A stretch of DNA of 64,000 bases, taken from Dimorphilus gyrociliatus. Lineage: Eukaryota; Animalia; Annelida. A model generated the notes under the pieces. The model did no database searches and was not told the origin of the DNA. It saw nothing but the letters and a program-made list of their open reading frames with translations. Where the stretch lies: positions 1,798,968-1,862,967 of the forward strand of contig CAJFCJ010000009.1 in assembly GCA_904063045.1 (NCBI GenBank), in the 5' to 3' direction. Shown piece after piece: positions 37,862-50,055 of the stretch (positions are counted from its first letter, which is position 1; each line of letters starts with the position of its first letter). A program made the translations under genes and the position numbers.

Positions 37862-38709
37862 TTCTAATTTAATAAACTTTTCGATTTCAACAATTTCTTC
37901 TAAATTCAATATTTCGCCAAGCAACGGACGGGATTAATTTCTTATTTTTCTCATTCAAGTATTTATAAGTTGTGTTTACAACGCCATTTTAGATTCCAAG
38001 ACTAATAAAGTATGGTTAGTGTTGCTTAGCCGTATTAAATTGAACGATCGAATTCATTAATAGTGGCCATGTTAAATGATATATTAATTTCCTGTTCAAG
38101 TCAATATATTGTTTGTTAATTGTGTATCAGGAACGACAATCCACACTCTGTTTGTTCAATAATCAGTTATTTTTTTTAAATTTTATGAATGAAATCTGAC
38201 AAGCTCCTTTAAAATATCAATAGTGTATGCAGAAGAAAAATATACCACCTGAACAGGTAAATGACCAGGTACCGGACTAATTCAAGCCTGCTCACGCGGG
38301 AAATAAGAACATTTCGATCATAAATTTACATTTACACTTTAATATCTGTGTAATTTTTGAAAAATGTCTAAAGGTTAATTTCTCCATACATTTCTTATTT
38401 AGTTTTTTCAACTCTATAGCTATTATGTTAAATTAAATCTTCTCTACGTATTAAAAGTAAATTGATGAAGTTGCCTTAATTTAACCATTAATAGAAAAAT
38501 TGATCCACTCATTTTTTTCTAACCCCAAGAAATAATCATTTGGAAAGGACGCTTAAAATATGCCACTATCTTGTAGCTTTATTGAATATGGTGAAAATCA
38601 CTTTACCAGTTTGTTTTTTTCTGAAACGGTAAAACACTATTTATTTATCCTATTATCGCCTAAATCATACTTCTACTAGTCCTTGTATTATGTAAAAAAA
38701 CATACTAAA

Positions 38710-39680
38710 ATGAGTAACGAAACAGACGATGAATTCGAAGACGCTTTAGAATATCAAGAAAAAGAAAAACTTAAGAATTCTGAACAAAATAATTCAGATA
38801 AAGAAGTGTCGGATACTGAAGAACCAACAAATAAAAATGAAACAAAGAATTTGGAAGACTCCGATGAGGAGGCGAAAGCTGAGAAAGAGGAATCAGAAGA
38901 AGAAATACTTGAAAAAAAACGACTTCAGGAAGAGAGCCTTCTCAGTGAAGAAGAATTAGAAGAAAAATTTAAATCCGCATGTGATTTAAAATTAGAAGGA
39001 AACACACACTTTAAAACTTCCAACTGGGAAGAAGCAATATTCTCTTATACTAGAGCATTAGAAATTTGTCCCTTAAGATATACTTCCGAAAGGTCTAAAT
39101 GTTTTTCCAATAGGGCAGCTTGCTATATTAAACAGGTTAGTTCATTAATAATTTAAACTGTTTCATTGCACTTTACCATATATCTCAATATAAAAGGAGG
39201 ATAATGAAAAGGCTCTCATAGACTGTTCGAAAGCTCTAACATTAGATGAAAATTACGTCAGAGCAAGGCTAAGAAGGGCAAATATTTATCAGAATACTGA
39301 CAAATTAGACGACGCATTAGAAGATTATCAAAAAGTTTTAAAACTCACTCCAAATGATCCAGAGGCAAGGGAAGCTTGTATGGTAATTAGACTATCGATA
39401 TTTGTGAAATTATAAAATTAACAAATAATATTTAAACACAGAGACTTCCGGAACAAATTAGGGTGAGAAATGAGAAAATGAAAGAAGAAATGATGGGTAA
39501 AATTTGAAAAGTTTTCTTTAATTAAATACTTAAAATGTTTATCTTTTCACAACAGGTAAACTTAAAGATTTAGGAAATTTATTCCTTAAGCCATTTGGAT
39601 TATCTACAAACAATTTCAAAATGCAACAAGATCCATCAACAGGATCATATTCAGTGAACTTCGTTAATAATAAACAATAA
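38710..39680 (+). CDS. TTC1: Tetratricopeptide repeat protein 1
   Basis: Acidic N-terminus, [10 protein letters not shown] TPRs, [25 protein letters not shown]|[36 protein letters not shown]. Confidence 0.95.
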
Positions 39681-39940
39681 ATAATTGCTTGCTTTTCTCT
39701 ATTTGTATTATTCATGAATTGTATTATCAAGAAGAAAAGAAGTGTTCAAACCTATAAAATTCTGACTAAATCTTTCCATGAATAGCTTTGCAATGCTAGA
39801 ATACCAATTGTAGTATATATATATATTATAGTATAAAAGCAGATGGCGCTAAACAATGGACTTAGATCGATAAATATAATAGAGTATATTTCGTTGAAAC
39901 ATTATTCCAACGGCCGTTGAGAGCGACAAATTAAAAAAAG

Positions 39941-40710
39941 ATGACATCAATGAAGATCTTAATTATTAGTTTACATCTGTTAGTTTTCTACGTAAATGTG
40001 ATTAATGCAAAAGATAATCCTAGTGATGGTCTATCATTCAAAGCACCAAAGTTGGATGATGAAGAGTCTCATAGTAATTTTCTACCGCGTAATCAACTAA
40101 TGAGATGCGACGCTTGTAAAATTATTATGTTTAGAGTGAGTAATAGCGAGAATAGAATTTATTTGATTCGATTCTTCGTACTTTCATATTGCTAATATAC
40201 TTCCTTTATCTATATTTAGCTTGACGGGGAATTTACCAAATCAAATAAGAAACTTAAAAAGGCTAATTTCAAACTTCCAGAATCTGAATTAATAGAAATT
40301 TTTGAACAAACTTGTCATCCAGGAGCCTATCAAGAGTAAGAAAAGTCTTATATTAGTTTTAGTAATACCAATGAGTAGGGCTTTTAATTTGTTAGGCCAC
40401 TATTATACAGTTAACACATTTCCCAAATCTACACAGCTATGGTGTTAAGCCTGTTGATGGCGTAAACAGGCTATCCGGTCCCGGTACAGGACTAGAAGAG
40501 TATCCAGCTCTTACACAATCTGGAGGTAAATGGCCAACAAGAATAGCAGATCTTTGTGGCCAAATTTTAGAAGAGTTAGATGAACTAGAAATTTATGAAG
40601 AATGGATAAGAAGTGGGAAATCCTTAGAAAAATTTAAAACCAATATGTGTTCAGGAAGCGGCATTAAAAATCAATGCCAATCTATGCCAAAGCAACATGA
40701 AGATTTATAA
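39941..40710 (+). CDS. MZB1: MZB1/pERp1 homologue (saposin-like ER chaperone)
   Basis: Signal peptide, APKLDDEE, MRCDAC, YGVKPVDGVNRLSGPG, GGKWPTR, C-terminal HEDL. Confidence 0.88.
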
Positions 40711-40993
40711 CGAAATTTTATAGTTTTGCGTGTTTCTTTTCGGAAAAAATTTCTAATGTATTAATATGTTATTTGCAAATACATAAAGTCATAAAAATAT
40801 ATATTTATATAGTGCAATATATAAATATATATATATTTATGTTTATATGAAGCGCGACTAGGTCTCGTAGAATAATTATAAAAAAAAATAATTTGGCAAA
40901 AAAAAAATATCCAATTTTGTTTTTAAAAGTAAAAAAAGAAAAAAAAGTTTCTTTCTCTCTTAAGTTTTTTCTTTATCTATAAACTCTAGCTCC

Positions 40994-42056
40994 TTAATGT
41001 CCGTGTGCTTTGGCGACTTGATGATAAGCGTTTCTTAGTAGTGCATAGGGGAAACAACTCTCTAACAGGTCCATTGTCAGGAAAGGCGATTCTTGGACAA
41101 TCTTTTTTTTAGAAAGAGTTACATTTTTTATTATCGTTTTATTTATTTTTATTATTATTTTGAATTTATTTTTTACCTGGTCCAAAAGCAAATATATGGA
41201 TTCTCTGTTTCGGATTACATCTCTATCAGTTTCTTGCCCTAGGCGAAGCAAACTGGCTGAAGCAAGCTGAAAAATACATATTATGTTAGAACTTTTACAT
41301 TATTAACAAAAAAAATAATAATTACGGCTAAAAATTCCTTTAATCTATCACCAATTTCATTCTGTTTTCCTTGAACCGTTAAAAGTGAAGAAGCTAAGGC
41401 ATTAACAGCTTTGGCAATGCAATGAGCATTGTTCATGTGACCTTCGAAGGCTGGATTGAATCGAGAACTCTCGAGTCTAGCCCATTTAGGTAGGCTAACA
41501 GCAATAAAAACCAATAATAAACAGGCAACAGAGAAATCATCATCTTGAACGCTAGCGGCTGGATTTTCAGGGGCCTGATTTTGTCGTTGATTACGCAACA
41601 TTGTACATAGTGCAGGGTCAATATCGCATTGTATTCCTGCTGCACTAGCCATTTCGTTTACAATCTGTAAGGAATATAATTATGAAAGTATAATTAAGAA
41701 AGTAAAATTATTTCTTATCTATGTGAAACGAAAAAATGGCAGATTTATAAATAATAATAAAAAACAAAAGGCTTTTATGTCAGTCAATCAAAACTGTAAC
41801 TAATCATCAATTTTAGTAATAAAATTTTATGGATATGTGAATATTATTAATATTCTTAACTATACAAAGAAATCATTCATCTAGGATACAAGATAAAACT
41901 AGTATATTCTCTAAACATTCAGTGCATTTTTCTTTATAAATAAAATAAAATAATCGCCATTTCCCGAGAAGAAAGCGAAAGTAATAAATATGCTTTCTTT
42001 TGTTATTTATCTTTTGTTATTTAACTGTCATTGTAAACTACATAAACATACATCTA

Positions 42057-42123
<67 letters not shown>

Positions 42124-45100
42124 TATATGTTTTTGTAACATTTAGCATTTATAAATATAGTATGTCTAGAAAGACAGCGAAATATAAAAGGCACACTCAA
42201 GCTTGTATGCAAAAAAACTATTATTTTAAAACAGTATTATATATACACGCGTAAGAATACACGTATGTCTTATAAAACACAACACTCCTTTTTTTTAAAT
42301 AAATAGCATATTTAGCGAAATAAAAAAAGAAAATAAATACAGTAAAAAAATAAAAAACTAAGAAATTGAAATATTTAGATTTTGGAAAACAAAATTGAAA
42401 TGAAATAACTAAATATTTTCTATCCATTTAAAATGTTAAACATACACAACGCTTTTAAAGTTTTACGTGCAAAAGAATATACCTGTCCTCTTATAGAAGC
42501 GAGCTGTCAATTATAATTTATAAGTTTTTAAATAGCGGCTACTTTTTTATCAGCAATAAAGCAAAGAGTAACGATGTTTGGCTTTATAATTTAATATAAT
42601 AAATATCTTCCTGAATTTTTTTTTTAATTGAAGATTATTGTTTCTAACTGATTAGTTGCTTTTTTAGCTTACCATTGTATCTCCGGTATGTGGCATATGT
42701 TTATGAAAATCTCTTATTGAACTCAATAAGAACGGTATTCTTTGATCCAGAACCTGTTTTATATATTCAATTTTTATTTATAAAATATTTATACATTTAT
42801 TAAAATCATACATCTTGTAAAGCCTCTTGTGCTAATGATCTGAAGGAAAGTAGTTCTCCTATTATTGACACTCTCTTCAATAGGTTATCAGAATCTGTTT
42901 TTGCCATAGGGCAATTCATGTAAAAAGATATTGGAATCTATTATGCTATAAATACTTTGCAACTTTTTTACGGTTCCCTTAACCAATTCTGAATCATCGT
43001 AATTGGTCCTTAAAGCGTTTAAATAAATTTTGTTCTGAATGACCAGAGCTTTCAACTCTTCCACCTAGTCGAAATCCAGAAGTAAAAATAAAGGAATTAT
43101 TCAATAAACAACTTTGTATAAAAACCTGTTTAGAAATGTGCCACACAATCTTCTCACCCATCAATTTCATACCATAAGGACCTATCAGCTCAGCCAACGC
43201 CCTTAATTCGACTAAATCTGCATATTCCTCAGCTTGGAAATGAGTTTCCGAATCAAGCGTCAAAAATGCCTTATGGTTCGGCGAATAGATTACTTTATCT
43301 TCGCTAACTTTTAGCATTAGCACTTCAAGATACCACTGAGAATAGTTGAATGCAATCGTAGGATTACCATGGAAAGTATCACGTTGCTGAGTTTGTTGCG
43401 GTAGGACGCTATTGAATATTCTTGACATGTCAATATGAATATAATTCTCTATGCTTTGTAAAACATTCATCACTGCATAGACCCCAGCTAAGAGTTCGCT
43501 TGGTTTAGCTATTTCGCTCGTTTGTGGATTATACATCATCATACCAACGAGAAGTCTACGAAGAAATATAAATATATAATAAATATTACTGAAATGTATA
43601 ATTGAGAAAAAGAGCTGTTACTTGTTAAATCTGTCTTCTAGATGGTTTAGAAAAAATTCTCTTGGTACGAAGCCATGATTCCAAACTGTTATAATATTTG
43701 TATAGTTAAATGCATAACATAATTCTGTTAAAGCCATGTGCAATTTATCCATTCTGGTAAATTCTTCTCTTTGTTTTCTAACACTTTCATGACCTGGTTT
43801 CTTTTCTTCTTGAAGAATTCGATCCTTATCTTTTTTTGATTTTTTGGCATTCAAGTTCACAATTTGAATAGCACAATGTTTTGGCAACAGTTGATCCGTT
43901 AAATGACACTGTTCTTCACATATTGCTGTTATTACTTGATTTACTTCTTCGCTCATTTCCTTTAAGAACCAATGAGTATACTGTACACTTGTTGATCCAA
44001 TACTTTGTCTCTCCTCTGGGCAAAGCCTATGGGTCGCATTCAAAAAATGAGCGCACACTTGAGGAAATGCAATACTGTAACGGTGCTGAGCTGGAAATTC
44101 CATACATTCTTTAAATTGCATTTCCAATTTATGCATGTAGAAGCAGTATAGAGACAAATCAGAAGTCTCATTTAACAGATCATCCAGAGTATCGACCAAC
44201 CGAGTATGGAAAGCAATAGTATTCAAATGACGGGCCAAAGTTTGATGTTGTGATAATTTTAAGCGAGCTTGAGGAGATGCCATATAAGCTTGCATTCTAC
44301 ACCAGTCCATGCGCACTGCTCGTAACTCTCCAATATTTATAGACTGATCCTCAACTGTTTATTAAGTATAGATTAGATTACAAAATTATGAAAAAAAAAT
44401 TCAATATTCTAACCTTGTTTTACACTTAAGCCTTTAAAAGTCATAACAAAAGATGAAAGAATCTCGCTCTCCTCTTCACCTTCAATGTTAACCATTAAGC
44501 TTTCTAAAGCATTTACGTCTCCACCAGATAGAAACTGCACATAGTATCTTTGAATTACTTGAGAATACTTTTTAGCCAGCGATCTTAGCTCTTCCACAAG
44601 GAAGATAAGTTCAGGTATTTGACGATCCTTTAAGTCTTCTTCTAGAATTTTATTCTTGGATTTCGTTGGTATATTATCTGAATGACGCATAAGCCATCGA
44701 ATTTCATCTCTCGCATTCGATAGAGCAGAGAATAGAATTAAAGCTTTCGGTCCCAAAAGACCAGGTTGATCGGTTAAAACAAGAGATAATTCTTTTAATG
44801 CCGTACGTAAATACTTTCTTTTATCTCGATGATTTTGTAACCTTTATAATTTAACGCTTTGATATTTTATCTATCAATAAAGAAAACTAATACTTACGCT
44901 TGTTTATAAGCGTGATCGCGAGAATTTTTAACTATACCAACGAGTGCACCTAAACCTTTCATACTCTCAAAATGAGCTATAGAGAATTGGTGTGTAGGTA
45001 CAACCTCATCTCTACACAAAGCCATTACAAAAGAATTAGATAATGCAGTTTGCCATAAATGGTTAATTTTTGGATCTTCCAAAAGAGAATTACATATGGT

Positions 45101-46532
45101 GACCGACACTGAAAAAAAATTATTGAAATTAATGGCAAACGTTCAAAATTACATGTACTAAATACAGATCTAAATAATAACTTACTAATTATCCATCTCT
45201 CCATACTTTCAACAGATAGATATTCGCATGGACACTGAAATCATTTAATAAATGATTAAATATATCCACAACAAACAAATTATATCTTTTCATACATACT
45301 GTATCAGTGTGGTAGCAGCTCAGAAGCTTATTGGAATCGTACAACAAGCTTAGATATTGCTGTGTCCTCCATTGAGCAGCAACATTTGCTCTTCGGGGAT
45401 AGACGTCGCTCAAAGAATTTATGGCAGTTCTCAAACTCTAAACGAACAAATAATAGAAATCACTCTATGATGTTATTTAGAAAATGTAGATCAAATTCAA
45501 CTACAAACATTCTTATGAGGCATAAAATCTTCTGTTAGCTTCTTTAAAGGATTTTCAATTTCCATGAAATAATTAGCAACCTTTTTATAATACTCCTCAC
45601 TAAAATAGAACGAATTACTATAAATTTTAAGGATTTAAGTAATAATTATGAATATACAAACTCTTTATTCTTATCCAAATAAAATACGTAATTAAACATT
45701 CCCAAAACAACCTTTCTATCGTCAATTTTTGATAGTATGATAGTAATAGCACAATGTAAAGCTATTAACTCAAGGTAGCTCTTTGTTAAATCATAATTTA
45801 GAACCTAAATAGTTTGAAAAAAAATGTTATTAATAAGATAAAAAATTGTTTTATTTAAATAGAAATTAATTAATACTTACTATACTAAAGGATAGTTGAC
45901 AAACGTCCACTGTCGTTAAAGTATCATTGATGGCATTCTTCAAGTCGAAAATGTCGACGAAAGTATAATAATACAAATTGAGAGCATTCATAATTGAATT
46001 TTTATGCGGATTTAGAATTTGAAGAATCTGTAATGTTCCCTGTAAAGTAATTTATTAAAAAATTAATTATTTAGATAAAAAAAAGAGAAGACTTTCGAAT
46101 GGTTGTTAAAAGCTATTATTATTTTGACTATTCTTGTAAAATATGCCTAAAATCAACGATATATGACTTTAGATTTGCAATGCGAAATCACAATTCATGA
46201 TTATTCATTTATCAGGATCCAAAACTGTATTTGATAACCAACGGAATAACTTTATACTTACTGAACCCGAATGTGCATCAACGGGAAACTTTTTTCCTCC
46301 TAAAAGCTGTACAGCTTTCTCATATTGTTTTTCGCTTAGGAAGCCGGGTTTACTGTTCAAACTAAGCATCTGTAATTAAAGTGATTAAAGCCTAAGTCCG
46401 AAAGCAGGAAGAACAAGGTAATTAAACCTTTTTTATGTTATAGATTCTCGTCAGCATGCCCTTCGCCCTGTCTGTGAGGACGGCCAATTTTTCGGCTATC
46501 TTCTGTTGGTATACCATCGGTACACTAGTCAT
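40994..46532 (-). CDS. NCKAP1: Nck-associated protein 1 (Hem-2/Nap1, WAVE complex)
   Basis: [80 protein letters not shown]. Confidence 0.96.
42061..42120. repeat. (TA)30 microsatellite in a NCKAP1 intron
   Basis: Direct reading. Confidence 0.95.
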
Positions 46533-46645
46533 CCTGATACAAAGCAATTGAATAATTCAGAAAAAACTATACAAAATACATTTATTGGTACTGCAACGCG
46601 ATCAACACACAACGCATGCGCAGCAAAAAATTTATTCAAATCTAG

Positions 46646-47218
46646 ATGGCGCTGGCAACTTGGTTGGTAGCCTTATCGTTGGTAGTATCCTTAGAATATA
46701 GCTTTCAAACATCCTCAAACAAGACTGGTCCTTTTTGTCCTTTCTTTGGAAATAGAGCACCAAAGGCTCAGCCTTACTTAAAGAATTGTACGTGGTTTTC
46801 AGCATATTCCTGTTGTGAACAACAGGAAATCGAAGCAACCTTCATTAAAGTAAAACCGTTAAAAGGAGCTTCAAAGGAATGTCAATACTTTATTAATTAT
46901 CTTATGTGCTATATATGTTCTCCTAATCAATCTATGTTCTATTCAAATGAACGCTTAACTGTTTGTTTAGAATTTTGCAACAATTTATACAAAGCCTGTG
47001 GAGACGCAGAATTGAAAGGTACACTTATAAAATTGTGGTATAAAACAGGAGTAGATTTCTGTAAATCAAGAAGTTTTGAAGTCAGTAAAGATACTGGGAA
47101 GTGCTTCAGAGTTGAAGATCAATACAAGAACCTAATGATATTTAATACTTCACCGTCCGTGAATTTTAAATCAATTCCTTTACACCTATTGATATTAATT
47201 AAGACGTTTTTGAACTGA
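46646..47218 (+). CDS. Folate-receptor-fold (Folate_rec) protein, probably GPI-anchored; intronless
   Basis: Signal peptide; CTWFSAYSCC, C..FINYLMCYICSP, VCLEFCNNLYKAC and FC..KCF Cys pattern; hydrophobic C-terminus. Confidence 0.8.
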   Translation: MALATWLVALSLVVSLEYSFQTSSNKTGPFCPFFGNRAPKAQPYLKNCTWFSAYSCCEQQEIEATFIKVKPLKGASKECQYFINYLMCYICSPNQSMFYSNERLTVCLEFCNNLYKACGDAELKGTLIKLWYKTGVDFCKSRSFEVSKDTGKCFRVEDQYKNLMIFNTSPSVNFKSIPLHLLILIKTFLN

Positions 47219-47278
47219 TAGCAAAAGGATTTTGCAGCTGAATCCATTATATTTATACATATACAATTATAACAAAGA

Positions 47279-48217
47279 ATGAAGATAATTCTATTTGTTT
47301 CTATTGTTTGTTTAGTATCTCTTGTTTCAAGCTATGATGGCTTAAAGGTTTTAAATGACATCATTGTTTCTATGGACAGAGGTTTAAACTTTCTTAATAG
47401 TCAGATAGGATCGCTTAATTTAGATTCAATTATTGGAACTAGAATAGTTGAGGACCAATTACGTATTGCTCATGAAAATCATCCTAAGTCAGAATATTTG
47501 GTTGAAATTCTACAAAAGATAGAAAAACTTCAACGTGATGCTTCTCTTATCAGTAATAAATCAATACCTTATCTTAAGCTGCAAGAGCCAAATTATTATT
47601 GGAAGATGAAAGATATTATTGCACCTGGAAGTTGGTTAATCAATAAACGCCATGATGATTTATTACTTGTAAAAAAAACTCAATTTGTTATTGGAAGAGA
47701 AGAAATGGACGGAAGTTTTTCAGATTATTGTATATCAAATCTCTTCCGGAAAAACTCCAATTGCAGAATTTCAAAATCTTGCAATAAAGTTATGACTTCC
47801 CCTTTTTTCAATCAATATTCATTAACTCATCAAGTATTCTTTTGGCTAATTTTCGAAAGGGCTGGCTGTTTTCTGTACGATAGCAGTGTGTTTATCAATT
47901 ATTTCACCCAACATTCCTGTTCTCGAGTTTTTCTTGAAGCTAGGGAATTCGAAAAAGAAGGTTATCCGAAGGACGGGAGAGATCTCTTTATGGAACAGAC
48001 TGCAATATGTGGTCTAAGAGGTTTTCGAAGGAATTTCTGTAATGCAAATTGGCTGAAAGAAATTTTGAAATGGCAAAAATCATCTGGTTGTTGGGGAGAG
48101 TCATCTTCCAACAAAAGAGATGAGAAAGGATTAAAGGGTGGTTGTCTTGCCCATCAAACAGCTGTTGCATTGGCGGCTCTCTCGCAACATTTACGTTTTA
48201 ATCTTGTCCAATTTTAG
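47279..48217 (+). CDS. UPF0764 / C16orf89 homologue, secreted; intronless
   Basis: Signal peptide, LNLDSIIGTRIVE, SDYCI, CRISKSC..M..YSLTHQ, GRDLFMEQ..CG, WLKEILKWQ..GCWG, GCLAHQTAVA. Confidence 0.85.
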   Translation: MKIILFVSIVCLVSLVSSYDGLKVLNDIIVSMDRGLNFLNSQIGSLNLDSIIGTRIVEDQLRIAHENHPKSEYLVEILQKIEKLQRDASLISNKSIPYLKLQEPNYYWKMKDIIAPGSWLINKRHDDLLLVKKTQFVIGREEMDGSFSDYCISNLFRKNSNCRISKSCNKVMTSPFFNQYSLTHQVFFWLIFERAGCFLYDSSVFINYFTQHSCSRVFLEAREFEKEGYPKDGRDLFMEQTAICGLRGFRRNFCNANWLKEILKWQKSSGCWGESSSNKRDEKGLKGGCLAHQTAVALAALSQHLRFNLVQF

Positions 48218-48429
48218 ATATATTATTTTGCTTTCAAACTGTTGTCTTTATTTACAATACGCTTAATTTTAGTCTGTGCCTATTCAGTATGAATACAAAA
48301 ATCGTACGATTATTTTTGCAAAAGAAAGTATTAAAAATTTTGTTATTAGTGAATTGAATGATATACGAGATGGAGCGAACAAGGTGTGGTAAGAAAACAA
48401 TACATTTTGCAAATATTCAGCAAAATATA

Positions 48430-49590
48430 TTATACGGCACTCAATGATAAGTTTTGAACATCGGGAAAAAAGTCTTCCTTTTTAGCATGGTAAAAATCTA
48501 CATAATATTGATAATGTTCCGTTATCAGATGTTTATGTATACCCACTCCACTAACATACTGCCTTTTGCATTCGGGACAACGGAATTTGTCGTACTGTAG
48601 ATGAGATGATCTTATATGACGAAGTAGATCGTAATACTGTGGATAAGCATTTCGGCACAAAGGGCAATCTAGTCGAGATTTATCTTTCTGAACACCTTTT
48701 TTCGTATTGTCAACTAACCTATCACCTAAAAGCGTTCCATGTACTTTTAGAACGTGCTTCCCTTTGTCAGTCAATTCCTTGCAAATTCCGCATTTAATTA
48801 TTGCATTTCCATGTGCATCAGCTTCGCATGTCAAAAACATAGATGGTACGTGTCGATTTAGCCTATTTATATGCTCATGAACGTGTTGTTCATAACTTTC
48901 TGGTTCATCGAAAATAGTGTTACAAGACAAGCAAGTCCAGTCAGTTTTAAGTCTTTTTGTTCCCGGTAGTTCTTCAAAAGTATCTTTTCTGTGTTTTTTA
49001 ATATCAAGAGATTCACCGTCTGGTCTTAGAGTCATTCTAAGGTCTTCTCTACAAGCGTCAGCTACTCGTCTCTTGTACAGACGAACAGTTTCCTTAAAGT
49101 CTAGACTATCACAGCAGGCATTATTAGCAGCTTCTAGGTCTTGGCATAGTTCTTTTGAAAAAGAGCATATCGGTGATCTTAAGTCATGGCTCTCTAAAAC
49201 TCCTTCTTCAAAAAGGCTAAAGCAATTATTTATTGTTATCACGTATCCTAAATTTTCCTTCAGATTTATGTATACAGTTGCATTGATAAAAACGCATCTT
49301 TCTTCCGGAAGATATTTCTTGGTATATTCTTTTATAGGTTTTATAATACCTAAGTGTACTTCCAGTCTCGAAACCTCGTCAAACACTATATCTGCATTAT
49401 CAAGTGTTTCATTCGATGGAGCACAACGTTGCGACAATAGTATTGAGTTTGGTTTTAATCCCTGTCCAATTCTATAAACTATGAGTCCTTGTATCAAATC
49501 AAATCGAGAGGAAAATGTCAAAATGGCATTAATAAGTCTATTTTTTATCTCTAAGGCCAAGTTGTCAGATATACTCGCTGAAAACGCCAT
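48430..49590 (-). CDS. C2H2 zinc-finger protein with a duplicated N-terminal module; intronless
   Basis: CLSC..QHVHEH, CGIC..KHVLKVH, CPLC..RHIRSSH and CPEC..KHLITEH fingers in a 386-aa ORF. Confidence 0.85.
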   Translation of the reverse strand: MAFSASISDNLALEIKNRLINAILTFSSRFDLIQGLIVYRIGQGLKPNSILLSQRCAPSNETLDNADIVFDEVSRLEVHLGIIKPIKEYTKKYLPEERCVFINATVYINLKENLGYVITINNCFSLFEEGVLESHDLRSPICSFSKELCQDLEAANNACCDSLDFKETVRLYKRRVADACREDLRMTLRPDGESLDIKKHRKDTFEELPGTKRLKTDWTCLSCNTIFDEPESYEQHVHEHINRLNRHVPSMFLTCEADAHGNAIIKCGICKELTDKGKHVLKVHGTLLGDRLVDNTKKGVQKDKSRLDCPLCRNAYPQYYDLLRHIRSSHLQYDKFRCPECKRQYVSGVGIHKHLITEHYQYYVDFYHAKKEDFFPDVQNLSLSAV

Positions 49591-49977
49591 TTGACACGGG
49601 TGTTACTAAATCCAAGAACGAAATATACCAACCAAGATGTCAACATACAAGAAAGTGTCGAAATTTAATTCGACTTTTTTTACCATTTCACAATAAATAT
49701 TAGAAATAGTATAAAGTATATAAAGAGTTATATGATGTATATCGTATTAGCGCTGCTACTTGAAAATTTTACGGCTTAGTATCAATATAATTTAAAAAGC
49801 TTTAATGGAAACGATATAAAAAATATCCACGTAAAAATTTATCAATCATTTATTTATTAAAGTTTTTGGTTTACGCAAATTATGTAATGTCTAATAAAAC
49901 AAACTTAATAAACTGGTTCGATATTATCTAATTAATTAAAAAAAAAAACCGGAGCACATATCCGAGCTAAACCGGTT

Positions 49978-49991
49978 GTTGTCATAACGAC
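49978..49991 (-). promoter_or_regulatory. RFX X-box upstream of CFAP52
   Basis: GTCGTTATGACAAC on the minus strand fits GTHNYY-AT-RRNAAC and lies about 65 bp before the ATG of a motile-cilia gene. Confidence 0.7.
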
Positions 49992-50055
49992 CCCTATCAA
50001 CAGCAACCGAGTAAAAATAAACGAAGTCGGAATCGAGCTTTAATATTCGCTAACA

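Noticed and set aside
38242-38360. ATACCACCTGAAC (5S-like) followed by CAG|GTAAAT and an Sm-like AATTTTTGA (5S or spliced-leader RNA?)
   Set aside because: The 5S similarity is only 13 nt with no A or C boxes, and the Sm-like word is common in AT-rich DNA and far from the donor.
42000-42254. IYIYIY-containing ORFs here and at 57179-57556
   Set aside because: They are translations of (TA)n microsatellites in introns.
48917-49477. 186-aa plus-strand ORF, and similar ORFs at 30549-30929, 24839-25147, 23765-24190 and 24025-24483
   Set aside because: These are antisense shadows of real coding exons with no independent motifs.
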